A DNA stretch of 64,000 bases from a bacterium (GCA_963681965.1 OY820579.1:1312001-1376000), one strand, 5' to 3'; shown: positions 28,275-39,876, numbered from the stretch's first letter. A program made the numbers and translations. Notes: generated by a model not told the origin, from the letters alone.

Positions 28275-29328
28275 ATTGTCGATTGCTCAGAAATTGAAGT
28301 CCCCACCTTGCGTAATCTGCGACCATCTCCGAAGTATCAGTCGAAAGCAATTTGAGGGCTTCGCGCGCTTCGGACGATCCCCAATTTGTCAAAGCGATTG
28401 CGACATTACGCAGAATGATTTCGAAACCTGCCAATTCAACGGGTGTATCACGAAATCGGTCATGGAAATCTGTCGGAGACATCTCTACCAGATCCAATAG
28501 TAGAGGTGAATATCGATCGTCAGTCTCAAAATTCTCATTTGCTGCTTGGACCGCACTGTTGAATGGACAGCACAGTTGACATTCGTCGCATTTAAAAATC
28601 CAGTTTTTCATGAGCGGACGCAATTTGACTGGAATCGACTCTTTATCCAATGTCGAAAGGTAGCTGATACACTTGCGGGCATCCAGAACATGAGGCGACG
28701 GAAATGCTTGAGTAGGGCATCGGTCAAGGCATAAATGACATGCTCCGCATCGATTTTCGGAGTTAGGATCGGAGATCGAGGTGGAAGCGAGATTGGCAGT
28801 CGTAATAATTTCGCCAAGCAAAAAATAGGATCCTTGACCCGGAACGATCAAGCAATTGTTCTTGCCGAAAAATCCGATTCCGGCTTGTACTGCGATCGCG
28901 CGCTCTAAAATTGAACCGGTATCGACGTAAGCTTTAGACTTCGTTCCGAAATTTTGATCCATGATCCGGGACAATTCTTTCAATCTAGGCAACATTGTGT
29001 CGTGATAATCTCGACGATGCGCGTACAGCGCGATTTGTCCGCGCGTCGGATCGGAACGATAGTGCGGTGGCGGGATTGGGATCGAATAACTCATCGCGAC
29101 GGATATGAACGATTGAGCGCCCGGAAGAATGGTTCGCGGATTGAATCGTCGATTTCTACCGCGTTGTAGATAATGCATCGATCCATAATAATTATTTGCT
29201 AGCCACTGATCGTAATAACCAATTGTCGCCGGTGGCGACTGAATGGGTGTGAATCCAATCCCATCGAATCCGAGTAGTTGAGCGGTTGATTGTAACCACT
29301 CGGTAATCGAAGTATTATTCGGTGTCAT
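28273..29328 (-). CDS. queG: tRNA epoxyqueuosine reductase
   Basis: WL...YYGSMHYL, DYH, VDTG..LER, GFFGKN, CGACHLCLDRCP, CISYL, CDECQLCCP and a HEAT-like C-terminus. Confidence 0.88.
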   Translation of the reverse strand: MTPNNTSITEWLQSTAQLLGFDGIGFTPIQSPPATIGYYDQWLANNYYGSMHYLQRGRNRRFNPRTILPGAQSFISVAMSYSIPIPPPHYRSDPTRGQIALYAHRRDYHDTMLPRLKELSRIMDQNFGTKSKAYVDTGSILERAIAVQAGIGFFGKNNCLIVPGQGSYFLLGEIITTANLASTSISDPNSENRCGACHLCLDRCPTQAFPSPHVLDARKCISYLSTLDKESIPVKLRPLMKNWIFKCDECQLCCPFNSAVQAANENFETDDRYSPLLLDLVEMSPTDFHDRFRDTPVELAGFEIILRNVAIALTNWGSSEAREALKLLSTDTSEMVADYARWGLQFLSNRQ

Positions 29329-30568
29329 TGGGCATCTGAGGTGTTGGTTGAGGCTGGGGTGGATATTGAATTCGATTGAAATGAAGCGCTTGAAGCGCTA
29401 GATCCAACGCGTCTTGGATCACTTTACTCGATTCCTGGTTGCCTTGCTCGCGCGTCTCTTGCAGTCGAGTCAGCATGGTTCGTACAAACTTCGCTTCGGT
29501 AGTTTTACCTTCGGAAAGTGATACCATGTCCCAAGGAGATTCCGTTTCGTCAATCCATTCACAGAACGCACAGATATCGGAAAGTGTTGTTTGAGGTGGT
29601 TTCCGAAGCTCACCGAAAGCACGTCCAGTTACGGTAATGCGGACGATATCGGTTCGAGTACATCCTAATGCGTTTAATTGCTGTAATACTTCGGTAAGCA
29701 ATTCGGATTCAGTTGCTTTAATCGGAATAGAAACTGAGAAGATACGTGTTGGATCTAATCGGATCCGGCACCAATTGTCAGGTGTAACGCCACCGGATTC
29801 GATATCTAGTAGTAAGATGCCCGTTTCGCCCAGATCGGAGCGGCGAAGTACTCCTAATGATCCGGAATAAGCCGCTTTCATCTTTCCGGATTTACTCCAA
29901 TACTCTTTACCGCGGTGATAGTGTCCAAGTGCGACATAATCGTAATTCGATTGCTCGATCTCACTTTCTGTGATCGGTGCCGTTCTGGTTTGACCCGATG
30001 GAACATCGCCCAAACTGCCATGAATGCAAATCAACTCGATCGGTTTTATGCCGCGTTTAGGTAAATCGGAAAATGGTGAGATCGATTGTACTGCATGAGA
30101 AATGAAAGATTTCGAACAGACACTGAATCGATCAAACTCAAGTCGTTGCCACTGATCGCCAGCTAAGACAATCGGTAATGATTGATCGATTTTCGCACTC
30201 CGAATCGAAAGGCGACGATTGTACTGCGAGAGTGCATCAAGAGGATCATGATTGCCGGCAGCAATAATTACCGGAATGGGAGCAAACATGGCGATTGCCG
30301 ACATCGTTCGCTCGACTTCTTCGATTTCGACGTCTCGATTCTGAAACAAGTCGCCTGGTAGTAGTACTACATCGACATGACAGCGATGTGCGATCTCAGG
30401 AAGTTGTTCGACATATTCCAACATCCGACTTCGACGCAGCAATTTTTTCCCTTGTCCAATTGAAAAATCGCCACCAATATGCCAATCGGACGATTGCAGC
30501 ACGCGAACACATCCGTCTTGGGGTTGGGTACGAAATTTTTCGGGAATTGTGTCGATAATATCAGTCAT
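29315..30568 (-). CDS. Mre11/SbcD/YhaO-like metallophosphoesterase nuclease
   Basis: SDWH, GDLF, GNHD, HG, LGHYH motifs; ATG 30568 overlaps the upstream stop (ATGA). Confidence 0.9.
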   Translation of the reverse strand: MTDIIDTIPEKFRTQPQDGCVRVLQSSDWHIGGDFSIGQGKKLLRRSRMLEYVEQLPEIAHRCHVDVVLLPGDLFQNRDVEIEEVERTMSAIAMFAPIPVIIAAGNHDPLDALSQYNRRLSIRSAKIDQSLPIVLAGDQWQRLEFDRFSVCSKSFISHAVQSISPFSDLPKRGIKPIELICIHGSLGDVPSGQTRTAPITESEIEQSNYDYVALGHYHRGKEYWSKSGKMKAAYSGSLGVLRRSDLGETGILLLDIESGGVTPDNWCRIRLDPTRIFSVSIPIKATESELLTEVLQQLNALGCTRTDIVRITVTGRAFGELRKPPQTTLSDICAFCEWIDETESPWDMVSLSEGKTTEAKFVRTMLTRLQETREQGNQESSKVIQDALDLALQALHFNRIQYPPQPQPTPQMPNDTE

Positions 30569-33432
30569 GACGGTCGCTTGCTGCTTTCCTTTTGTTCCAA
30601 TTGTAACGGTAACCACGCGATTTTGACGTTTTTATCATCAACCCATTTACGATGTCGAAGTTCGTGACAAGTTAGAATGATGATCTGTCGTTTGGTCGAC
30701 TCTGCTAGTAATAAATCCATTCCGGAATAAAATCGAACGTCGTCGGAGCTAGCAAAAGGTTCATCGCAGATAATCGGTAACGTCGAAGTCCCGCTAAGAA
30801 AATCAATCAATGCCAATCGTAGCGAAAGATAAATTTGATCGCGAGCACCCACTGATAGTGCCAATAATTCCTCTTCATTCAGCAATCGCCCATCAAGTAG
30901 TTGTGCTTTGACACTTAAATCAGTCCCAAAATGAATCGATTTTACCGAACCCTGAAATTGATCGATATAGCGATCGGCAATATTATTGAGCTGTTTCGAC
31001 CACTCGCGATGCGTCTCTTCCGAAAGTGATCGAAGTACATCGATCGCCAATCTGGTTGCGGTTTCGTAATGACGTGTCTGGTCTAAAGCATTATCAAGTT
31101 CATGTAACTTACTTTGAAGCGTACCAATTTGACTCCAGCGACGTTGAAAATCAATCAGTAATTGATTTAAATCGGAGCGTTCAGCCTCAAGTTCGCGATG
31201 CTCATTTTCGATTTTGATAAGGGTCGATCCGGGGTTGTCGAGATCGAATTCGGGAAATCCAATATTCTCGGACGATCGGTCCATCGATTGTTCGAGAGCA
31301 TGTAGTCGCTGTTTCAGATGAGCAAGTTTCATCGGTTCGATCAACTGTTCCGATAATTTAGTGTACTCGGCTTTTAACGTATTCCATTCGAGTTTATGTC
31401 GACAAGCCGCAGCATACCAATCGCGTTGCTGATCCAATGGTAACGATGAATTCGCGCCAGCTTTCAGTAGTTGATTGGACAGTTCCTTTTCAATTTCCAC
31501 AACCCGATGCTGACGATCTTCATATTCAGCTTCTTTGGCGATTCGTTGTCGACGAATCCGGTTCAACTCATCCTGTTCTATCAAACATTTATCGATGTAG
31601 CGAAGGGATTCGTCGATCACATTAATCGACAGATCGGTAGGATCGATCGATTTACCAAGTTCGCGAAGATTTCGCGAAATATCGGATAGTGCGAGTTGCT
31701 GTCGATCAGAAATTTCTTGCTCACGTTGACGAAGATTAATCCATTCCAGAAAAGTACTTTTCGCTCCGTTGCGTTTCTGTAGTGCAATCACTAACTCTTT
31801 ATTACCGACAACGCCAACTTGTTTACCTAACGTTTCCAACTTCATATTGAAATTGCGGTAGTCTGTTTCGAGTTCGGAGAGGTTCCGATCATTTTCATCG
31901 ATTCTTACTTGCATGTCCTCAATCGTCACGCGATTGCGTGTAGAAGTACTCAGTCGAGACCGATAGTTGACGATCGAGAATGCAAATCCTGCAACTGCTA
32001 CTCCAATTGAAACCCAACGATATTCGGGAATGAGCGTCGCCAAAACAGCCCCTGTTATACCAATAAGAATCCCAATCGAGATAAAAGCTAATCTTGTCTT
32101 TTCTTGCTTCAATTGTTGTGTTTTACCATCCAGCAAATTCGCATCGAGTTCGCGTTTTTGTTGTTCCAGATTTCGTTTGGATTCGATATAATGAGCGATT
32201 TTTTCCATTGAAGTGAGAATCGCTATCTCGTCTTCGGAACTAAGCGAGATCCATTTCTGCTCGGCTAACTCGAATTGTGTTGGTTCAATTCCCTGTGATT
32301 GTAGTCTTGATTCAACTCCACTGAGTTGAAGTTGGAGGGTTTGCCGATCGCGTAAATATTCGGAATACGAAGCTCGCAATCCCGTCAGTGTGTCGTGTTG
32401 AGTTGTTGTCGCTTTATCGATTCCCGCTAGTCCGATTTGTTCCTGACGGTTTCGTTCCTCTTTTTTGATCGACAATAAAACCGCTTCATCGGTCCGAACT
32501 GTGTCGGTCAAATCTTTAAGTCGAATGAGGTTGTCATCGATCGGTCGTGCTAATTCAAGCGGAATTCTAGCAAACTCATCAAGTAATTCGATCCGATTTC
32601 GGCATTTTTCCCATTCTTGATAGACCCGTTCCGATTGTTCCACCATCTCCCGTACTTGGTCATACTCACGGGCATCCTGTAATTTTCGCATCGCATTGGC
32701 GGCTTGATCGAGGTACGACATCCGCTGTTCGATCGCTTGTTCTCGATCCAATAGGTGCAGGCACCGCTCCCGCTCAGTCTCTCGTTCGACGATGGCGTCC
32801 CGGCAGCGAGCGATTTCTTGCTCGAGCTGGGTAATTTCATAGCCGATCTTTGCACCCTTCGAGATTTTTGGGAATGGGTATTTTGTTAGCGATTCTTCCA
32901 GCACTGAAATTGCGCTGGTCACAGTATTGTCGCCTGCTGCCGAAGTGGCGATCCGTTGGATTGTGTTGGTGAGTGACTTTCGATCGTCCGATAAAGTCAT
33001 TTCCGATTGCGGAATAAACATCGTTTGCAATGCTTCGGAAGATGTTAATCCAGTGATTGTTTCACCGATTAAGTCTTTTCGACCGGGCATGAATTGTGAG
33101 GTTAAATCTTCGAATGTGTTGGCATCGGATACCCGGGTTGTTCGCTTACTTCCAAATTCGCGTGTGATCCGAACCAGCCGATCGCCGGTGTGCAGAGTGA
33201 GTGACGTTCGAAACGGTTTTCCATCCCACGGAAGGTACCGGTTCGCGATCCGATAAAGATCTTTATCGCGATTGCCATCCGGAACACCGAACAGCGTAAA
33301 GAAAAGCGCATTGGCTAGAGTTGATTTACCAGCTTCGTTGCGGTCAACCATCAATACAAGGGATTCCTGCGGGAACTTGATCGTTCCCGAAACGGAACCA
33401 AATCCTTCAATATCAAGTTGAACGAGACGCAT
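30565..33432 (-). CDS. SMC/Rad50-like coiled-coil ATPase with a central TM hairpin (YhaN-like)
   Basis: IEGFG, Walker A NEAGKST, long coiled coil with two hydrophobic helices mid-protein, signature LSVGARDQIYLSLRL, Walker B IICDEPF. Confidence 0.9.
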   Translation of the reverse strand: MRLVQLDIEGFGSVSGTIKFPQESLVLMVDRNEAGKSTLANALFFTLFGVPDGNRDKDLYRIANRYLPWDGKPFRTSLTLHTGDRLVRITREFGSKRTTRVSDANTFEDLTSQFMPGRKDLIGETITGLTSSEALQTMFIPQSEMTLSDDRKSLTNTIQRIATSAAGDNTVTSAISVLEESLTKYPFPKISKGAKIGYEITQLEQEIARCRDAIVERETERERCLHLLDREQAIEQRMSYLDQAANAMRKLQDAREYDQVREMVEQSERVYQEWEKCRNRIELLDEFARIPLELARPIDDNLIRLKDLTDTVRTDEAVLLSIKKEERNRQEQIGLAGIDKATTTQHDTLTGLRASYSEYLRDRQTLQLQLSGVESRLQSQGIEPTQFELAEQKWISLSSEDEIAILTSMEKIAHYIESKRNLEQQKRELDANLLDGKTQQLKQEKTRLAFISIGILIGITGAVLATLIPEYRWVSIGVAVAGFAFSIVNYRSRLSTSTRNRVTIEDMQVRIDENDRNLSELETDYRNFNMKLETLGKQVGVVGNKELVIALQKRNGAKSTFLEWINLRQREQEISDRQQLALSDISRNLRELGKSIDPTDLSINVIDESLRYIDKCLIEQDELNRIRRQRIAKEAEYEDRQHRVVEIEKELSNQLLKAGANSSLPLDQQRDWYAAACRHKLEWNTLKAEYTKLSEQLIEPMKLAHLKQRLHALEQSMDRSSENIGFPEFDLDNPGSTLIKIENEHRELEAERSDLNQLLIDFQRRWSQIGTLQSKLHELDNALDQTRHYETATRLAIDVLRSLSEETHREWSKQLNNIADRYIDQFQGSVKSIHFGTDLSVKAQLLDGRLLNEEELLALSVGARDQIYLSLRLALIDFLSGTSTLPIICDEPFASSDDVRFYSGMDLLLAESTKRQIIILTCHELRHRKWVDDKNVKIAWLPLQLEQKESSKRPS

Positions 33433-33467
33433 ATCTATCGCATAATCACTAATATAAAATTCGATTG

Positions 33468-34331
33468 CTATTCGTTATTGGCTGTATAAGTATAGCTGAT
33501 CCAGTGTGAAACGTTGCTCGGATCGTCGGAAAATCGTCGAATCGAGTATCCGAGTACCAGTCCAGTGCTTTCTGTGGAATAAGCCGCGCCGGCAGTTTCG
33601 CCAATGTGTCCCTGTTCCATAAATCGACCAATCCGAACGGCGGTGTTGTCCAATAACTGGTAATTCAGTCCATAGCCCCAAGTCTTTTTTCCCTGACTGA
33701 TCATATGTTTCCCGACCAGATCTTGAGTAGAAGATCCGGCTGTTACTAATAAATCAGTAAGTTGAAGAGCGACACCTGCTTCAAATTTTCGGGGTTCGGT
33801 GATGGTCCGCATTCCACATAAATTCCGAGCGGCACCTCCAATGCGGAAATTACCCAATGGGAGTAAAAAGCCAACGTCGAGCGAAAAGCCATAGACCCAC
33901 CCGTGACCTTTACCGTTTTGTTCCCAGATCAATTTGGCGCCGGCACCAATCGGTAATCCAAATTTCTTGTCAGTGAGCGCGAAAATTGCTTGTGATGACC
34001 GAACCTCGGACGTATCAACGGTGATTTTACGGCGCAAAAACATCAATCCGACAGCACTTGAACCCGTTTCACCCGGTTTTCGAACCGCGACCCCCCACGT
34101 TGTCGGCCACATTGCAGTCGAGTCTGTAGCGAATGCTTCAATTTGCATTTGACCATCGCTTGCCGCAGTGGCGGGATTGTAATAAATCGCCGATGGATCG
34201 ATCGAAAGTGCCGCAGCATGAGCACCCATAGCAACGATTCTACCGCCAACGACCGGTTGGGCAAAGGCTGAGGTAAGGCTGATTGCAATCAAAAACGCAA
34301 AATAGAGACAGTTTTTCATAGATTCTTTCAT
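33468..34331 (-). CDS. Exported beta-barrel protein, PorV/PorQ/FadL-like
   Basis: Signal peptide; GGRIVAMG...DPSAIYYNPA N-terminal motif; FSLDVG, GGAARNL; amphipathic strands ending YTY. Confidence 0.65.
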   Translation of the reverse strand: MKESMKNCLYFAFLIAISLTSAFAQPVVGGRIVAMGAHAAALSIDPSAIYYNPATAASDGQMQIEAFATDSTAMWPTTWGVAVRKPGETGSSAVGLMFLRRKITVDTSEVRSSQAIFALTDKKFGLPIGAGAKLIWEQNGKGHGWVYGFSLDVGFLLPLGNFRIGGAARNLCGMRTITEPRKFEAGVALQLTDLLVTAGSSTQDLVGKHMISQGKKTWGYGLNYQLLDNTAVRIGRFMEQGHIGETAGAAYSTESTGLVLGYSIRRFSDDPSNVSHWISYTYTANNE

Positions 34332-34440
34332 TTCAAACGGTATATTCGATAACTAAATGTAAGGTAGTACTCGATGATGAGTTTGGCAACGTTTTGCACC
34401 AGTTTTGGGAGACCGCTTTTCAGTCGCTACATTTCGTACT

Positions 34441-35823
34441 ATGAATGAATTGTTCCCCGATCTTCTACCTGAAATTCCCCGCGCTTTCGTTGAACCGGCA
34501 GTGGATGCTCCGCTAGCTGAACGGATGCGCCCTCGAACGTTGGATCAATTCGTCGGTCAGCAGCATTTGGTCGGTCCTAACGCGGTTATGCGAAAACTTA
34601 TTGCTCGTGGGAAACCGATTTCGCTGCTCTTTTGGGGTGATCCCGGGATCGGCAAAACCACATTGGCACGGTTGTTAGCCAACACCTTCGACCGGGAATT
34701 TGTCCAGATGTCCGCAGTTCAGGTGGGATTGTCCGAAGTACGGGCGGTAATTGCCCGGGCACGAGCGCTATCTGCCACGGGTCGGGGATTGGTTTTGTTC
34801 CTCGATGAAATACACCGCTTCAATAAAGCTCAGCAGGATGCCCTCCTACCGGCGGTAGAAGAGGGTTCGGTGGTATTAATCGGTGCAACGACCGAAAACC
34901 CCTCATTCGAAGTGATTGGCGCGCTTCTGTCCCGTTGCCGGATACTTCGGTTCTATCCCCTGAAAAAAGAAGATTTGGATCAATTACTTACTCGTGCTCT
35001 GGTGGAAGACACTGTTTTAAGCAAATGGTCGATTCAAATCGAACCGGAAGCCCGTGAAGCCCTGCTCGATTTGTCCGGTGGCGATGCCCGATCATTCTTG
35101 AATACGGTCGAATTGGCATTCGAATTATCAGCATCGGGAAAACCTGAAGCCAGTGAAGTGTTGATCGATCAAGCAGTTGTTGCGCAAGCAGCCTTGGAAC
35201 GAGCAGCTAAATATGACAAAGCAGGCGAGCAACACTACGATCTGATCAGCGCATTTATTAAATCGGTGCGGGGGAGCGATCCCGATGCCGCAATCTATTA
35301 CATGGCTCGGATGCTAGCAGGTGGGGAGGATCCGCTGTTTATTGCCCGACGGTTGATTGTACTTGCGAGTGAAGATATTGGCAACGCTCAACCGTTGGCA
35401 CTGCTTGTCGCTACCAATGCATTCGATGCCGTACACCGCATTGGCATGCCCGAAGCGCGCATCGTATTGGCACAAGCAGTTACCTATCTTGCTACTTGTC
35501 CCAAATCAAATGCTAGCTATATGGCAATTTCCGCAGCTCAAGCCGAAGTCGAAACTTCCGGCGACTTGCCCGTACCATTGCACCTGAGAAATGCACCCAC
35601 TTCATTGATGAAACAAATGGGGTACTCCGAAGGTTATAAATACGATCACGATTTTGGCGGTTTTTCCGGACAGCAGCATTTACCGGATGCAATTGCCGAT
35701 CGGGTTTTCTATCTTCCAAGGGCAATCGGTGCTGAAGCAAAAATCGCCGAGCGAATGCGCCAGCTTTGGACTGAACGGTATCCAAAAGATCAATCCAATC
35801 AACCGACAGAGGATGCGCAGTAA
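34441..35823 (+). CDS. rarA: Replication-associated recombination protein A (RarA/MgsA)
   Basis: [72 protein letters not shown]. Confidence 0.97.
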   Translation: MNELFPDLLPEIPRAFVEPAVDAPLAERMRPRTLDQFVGQQHLVGPNAVMRKLIARGKPISLLFWGDPGIGKTTLARLLANTFDREFVQMSAVQVGLSEVRAVIARARALSATGRGLVLFLDEIHRFNKAQQDALLPAVEEGSVVLIGATTENPSFEVIGALLSRCRILRFYPLKKEDLDQLLTRALVEDTVLSKWSIQIEPEAREALLDLSGGDARSFLNTVELAFELSASGKPEASEVLIDQAVVAQAALERAAKYDKAGEQHYDLISAFIKSVRGSDPDAAIYYMARMLAGGEDPLFIARRLIVLASEDIGNAQPLALLVATNAFDAVHRIGMPEARIVLAQAVTYLATCPKSNASYMAISAAQAEVETSGDLPVPLHLRNAPTSLMKQMGYSEGYKYDHDFGGFSGQQHLPDAIADRVFYLPRAIGAEAKIAERMRQLWTERYPKDQSNQPTEDAQ

Positions 35824-38711
35824 TGAATCATTTTGCCAAGACGCATCCTACTAAGATTTTTCAGAATCGCAGTTTTGAACTCTGGCTGATCGCTGTCATA
35901 ATTATCATCAATTGCTCGTTTGTTTTCGCCCAACCGAAAGTAATCAAAAACACTCTGGTAGCGAATCCCGATACCAGCAAAACACCTATCATAGTTGATT
36001 CCACCAAAGTGATCACACCGAAGATTTTTACGATTGTTTCCGATACTGCGAAAACAAAACCCGACTCACTTAAGGCCGATAGTCTCAAGAAAAAATCGGA
36101 TCTCGATACAACCGTGACCTATAGTGCCGATCGTATCGATTTGGATGCAAAAGAAAAAATTTCGATCCTCACCGGAAAAGCGATTGTTCGATACAAATTA
36201 ATGGAACTTCGGGCATACCGCATTCGAGTCGACTGGAAACGCGACATGGTGTATGCCGAAGGTCGACCGGATACGCTCTGGACCGACACGACGGCAACCA
36301 AAATCGACACTGTCGTGTTTGTCGATACTCCGCTCTTTCTCGATCGATCTTCCGCTTCGGATAGTCTCCGGGGTTTGACGATGGAAATGAATTTGAAAAC
36401 GCAACGCGGACGTGTCTTTACGGGTGCTTCGGCGAATAATCAGGGGCATTATCGCGGGGAAGTATTGAAGCGCATGGAACCGCAAGTGATGTATGTGAAG
36501 TCGGGTGACTTTACTTCTTGCGATCAGAATCCCCCGCATTTCCATTTTCACTCCACTGCAATGAAGATGGTCTATAAAGACAAGTTGATCGCTCGACCAG
36601 TCTACCTCTACTTTGGTGAAGTACCGGTCGCCGCGTTACCGTACGGTATTTTCTCGATGAAGCCGGGTCGGCATAGTGGTTTGGTTGTTCCTACTTATGG
36701 TGAATCGGCTTCCCGCGGTCGTTACTTCGAGCACCTCGGATATTATTGGGCACCTAGTGATTATTGGGATTCCAAAGTCACCATGAGTTACTATGAACAA
36801 GCCGGAACGCTCTGGCGTATAGACAACAACTATGCCGTGCGCTACAAACTGAATGGGTCGGTATACGGCAGCTACTCAAACTTGGATGGATTGTCACACT
36901 GGGATGCTCACTGGAGTCATGCCCAACCGATCGATCCTACCCTCTATGTCAGCGGTAATGTGAATTACGTGAGTGACGAATCATTCCGGAATTATTACTC
37001 CCAATCGCTGGATGAGCGGTTAAACCAGGAAGTTCAATCCAACCTAAGTTTGTCGAAAAACTGGGTCGATAGCCGTGCTTCACTCTCTGCCGGTTTCTCG
37101 GGACGTCAGAATATTCAAACTCGAAATTACGATATTACCTATCCCTCGCTCTCGTTTCGGTGGGGAACTGGACCGATCTTTCCCAAAGCCCGACGTGACG
37201 TCCTAGAGGGTTTTGGTGGACCTCCAAAGAAGTCGGAAACTGGCGAATCGCAAGGCATAGAAAGTAACGCTAACGAACCTAGTTTTTGGGAGACATTCAC
37301 TTACGATTACAACATGCAGTTAACCAATAGTGAAACGGGAGTTCTTCAACAAAATTTATATCGACCTGATTCGAGCTTGTACAATCACTGGGAGCGCGTC
37401 AAATCGCAGCGGGTGCTCCATACGTCGAATTGGAATGCTCCATTCAAAATGCTGAAATACTTCACGGTAAATCCCAATCTTCATATTTCTCACGATTGGG
37501 TGCCAGAATTAACGAAATACTCGATTGTCTCGGTCGATAGCAACCAAAATGCGATTCTCGACTCTACCAAAAACCGCGGCTTCTTTACCCGAACCACCTT
37601 TAATACCGGTATTGGTATCGGTACAAAGTTGTATGGATTTTTCGATCCCAAAGGATTATTGGGATTAACTGGCATTCGTCATGTGCTAACACCGGGGATT
37701 GGATTGAATTACACCCCGAACTTCGCCGATCGACAATTTGGTTATATGCAACGACTGACCAATCCTGCGACAGGTGAAGAAATTGTGAGGGATCCTTGGG
37801 TCAGATCGGGTGCTGGTGCAACCGGAAGAAATAAATCGGTGAATATGAGCCTGAATCTTGATAACATCTTTCAAGCACGGTACGAATCGGGTGACGAAAC
37901 CAAGAAAATCGACCTCTTTACTTGGAACCTCTCGACAAGTTGTAACTTGATGGCGGATTCATTGCAATGGGCGCCGATCAACATGAGTTGGCGTGCAACG
38001 CCATTTTCCGGTGGATCGGGATTGATTTCCAGTGTCGGTGTCGACATCAGTTCGACCTACAGTTTATACAAACACGATTATTACAACGAAACAGATCTGT
38101 ATGGTCACGAAGTAAATCAATATGTCTGGGATTTTCCCCATTCGTTGTCGCCATTCCGGTTTACCAATGGCTCGGCAAATCTTTCATTCCAGTGGCAGAA
38201 ACCCAAACCAAGCAATACCCCTTCGATACCAGATACGACCAAACTTCAACCGTCATCGGATCTTCCGCAATTGCCTAATCAACAACAACGGTATATCGAT
38301 CCCTACACTGGTGAAGATACCCGTGCTTTTGGCGATAGTCGATCAATGGTCGCAGCGCTGGAATCGAGTTGGAGTGGTTCGACCGGGTTACAGTTATCTA
38401 CCAATCGCAATAGTCCGCGAGTGATCACGAATGTTGCGACGCTGATTAGCTCGATTAGCCTCAGTATTACCCCAACATGGTCGATCAGTACCGGCGTGAA
38501 TTTCGATCTTGTTACGCACGAAGTAAATGCATCTAAGATCGTGACCCGGAAAGATTTACACTGTTGGGAAATCAATTTTGAATGGAACCCGCGCGGCGCA
38601 TCGCAGGGTTTCATGCTGCGAATTAATCCTAAGAGCACAGACCTACGCGATCTAAAACTGGAAAAGAAGCTTGGGTATAGCAGCTCCAGTGGTTCGCTCT
38701 TTGGCTGGTAA
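35823..38711 (+). CDS. lptD: LPS assembly outer-membrane protein LptD (long FCB-type)
   Basis: VTYSAD, FTSCD..PPHF, GRHSGLVVPTYG, GYYWA, IRHVLTP, KDLHCWE, LRDLK. Confidence 0.85.
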   Translation: MNHFAKTHPTKIFQNRSFELWLIAVIIIINCSFVFAQPKVIKNTLVANPDTSKTPIIVDSTKVITPKIFTIVSDTAKTKPDSLKADSLKKKSDLDTTVTYSADRIDLDAKEKISILTGKAIVRYKLMELRAYRIRVDWKRDMVYAEGRPDTLWTDTTATKIDTVVFVDTPLFLDRSSASDSLRGLTMEMNLKTQRGRVFTGASANNQGHYRGEVLKRMEPQVMYVKSGDFTSCDQNPPHFHFHSTAMKMVYKDKLIARPVYLYFGEVPVAALPYGIFSMKPGRHSGLVVPTYGESASRGRYFEHLGYYWAPSDYWDSKVTMSYYEQAGTLWRIDNNYAVRYKLNGSVYGSYSNLDGLSHWDAHWSHAQPIDPTLYVSGNVNYVSDESFRNYYSQSLDERLNQEVQSNLSLSKNWVDSRASLSAGFSGRQNIQTRNYDITYPSLSFRWGTGPIFPKARRDVLEGFGGPPKKSETGESQGIESNANEPSFWETFTYDYNMQLTNSETGVLQQNLYRPDSSLYNHWERVKSQRVLHTSNWNAPFKMLKYFTVNPNLHISHDWVPELTKYSIVSVDSNQNAILDSTKNRGFFTRTTFNTGIGIGTKLYGFFDPKGLLGLTGIRHVLTPGIGLNYTPNFADRQFGYMQRLTNPATGEEIVRDPWVRSGAGATGRNKSVNMSLNLDNIFQARYESGDETKKIDLFTWNLSTSCNLMADSLQWAPINMSWRATPFSGGSGLISSVGVDISSTYSLYKHDYYNETDLYGHEVNQYVWDFPHSLSPFRFTNGSANLSFQWQKPKPSNTPSIPDTTKLQPSSDLPQLPNQQQRYIDPYTGEDTRAFGDSRSMVAALESSWSGSTGLQLSTNRNSPRVITNVATLISSISLSITPTWSISTGVNFDLVTHEVNASKIVTRKDLHCWEINFEWNPRGASQGFMLRINPKSTDLRDLKLEKKLGYSSSSGSLFGW

Positions 38712-38805
38712 TTCGAAATATTTTCGGGAATAACCACTTTTACCTTGATACCGCAGATTGGGTAGAGTAATTTGTTGGTTACGGATAAATTGAAAGGAGT
38801 TCACT

Positions 38806-39876
38806 TTGTCACACGATAAAACACTTCAATCGTACTTATCGGCAGAAGATCAATCCTTGCTTACTCACACTTGCCGTACGATTCCTAAAGAAATGATTTC
38901 GTTACCGGGATCGGATTATCTTGATCGTACCCTTGTCTATTCCGACCGCAATCCTCAAGTATTACGCAGTCTGAATCAACTCTTTTCCAACGGCAGATTG
39001 GCGAATACTGGCTATCTTTCGATCCTACCAGTAGACCAAGGGATTGAGCATTCCGGTGGCGCATCGTTTGCCCCCAATCCAATCTATTTCGATGGAAAAA
39101 ACATCGTTGAGTTGGCGATCGAAGGTGGTTGCAACGCCGTTGCTTCGACCTATGGTGTATTGGGAAGTGTCGCTCGTAAATTTGCGCACAAGATCCCCTT
39201 TATCGTAAAGATCAACCACAATGAACTATTGACCTATCCCAACAAGTTCGATCAGATTCTTTTTGGAACCATCGAAGAAGCTTGGAACATGGGAGCGGTT
39301 GCGGTTGGTGCAACGATTTATTTTGGTTCACCCGAGTCGGCACGGCAAATCGTGGAAGTCGCACAAGCCTTCCAAATGGCGCATCAACGAGGTATGGCAA
39401 CGGTGTTGTGGTGTTACCTTCGGAATAACGCATTCAAGACGGATAAAGATTATCATGTATCTGCCGATCTAACCGGTCAGGCAAACCATCTTGGTGTCAC
39501 GATCGAAGCCGATCTGATTAAGCAAAAGCTACCGGAAAACAACGGTGGATTTGCTGCGTTGAATATGGGTGACTCGAGCTACGGTAAATTCGACAAACGA
39601 ATCTATACCGAACTTGCCAGCGACAACCCGATCGATCTGACCCGGTACCAAGTAGCAAATTGTTATATGGGTCGCATCGGTTTAATCAATTCCGGTGGTC
39701 CTTCTGGCAAAAACGATTATGGTGAAGCCGTTAGAACCGCAATTATCAATAAGCGTGCCGGTGGAACGGGTCTGATTTCGGGTCGAAAAGCATTTCAGAA
39801 ACCGATGGCAGATGGCGTGAAGCTCTTGAATATTATTCAAGATGTTTATCTCTCGTCGGAAATCACGATCGCCTGA
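38806..39876 (+). CDS. fbaB: Class I fructose-bisphosphate aldolase (DhnA type)
   Basis: [55 protein letters not shown]; TTG start after AAGGAG. Confidence 0.96.
   Translation: MSHDKTLQSYLSAEDQSLLTHTCRTIPKEMISLPGSDYLDRTLVYSDRNPQVLRSLNQLFSNGRLANTGYLSILPVDQGIEHSGGASFAPNPIYFDGKNIVELAIEGGCNAVASTYGVLGSVARKFAHKIPFIVKINHNELLTYPNKFDQILFGTIEEAWNMGAVAVGATIYFGSPESARQIVEVAQAFQMAHQRGMATVLWCYLRNNAFKTDKDYHVSADLTGQANHLGVTIEADLIKQKLPENNGGFAALNMGDSSYGKFDKRIYTELASDNPIDLTRYQVANCYMGRIGLINSGGPSGKNDYGEAVRTAIINKRAGGTGLISGRKAFQKPMADGVKLLNIIQDVYLSSEITIA

Noticed and set aside
32550-32855. Locally GC-richer stretch with a 101-aa same-strand overlapping ORF inside the SMC-like gene
   Set aside because: No RBS or recognisable motif. 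It is explained by Arg/Glu-rich coiled-coil codons, and the main frame is uninterrupted.
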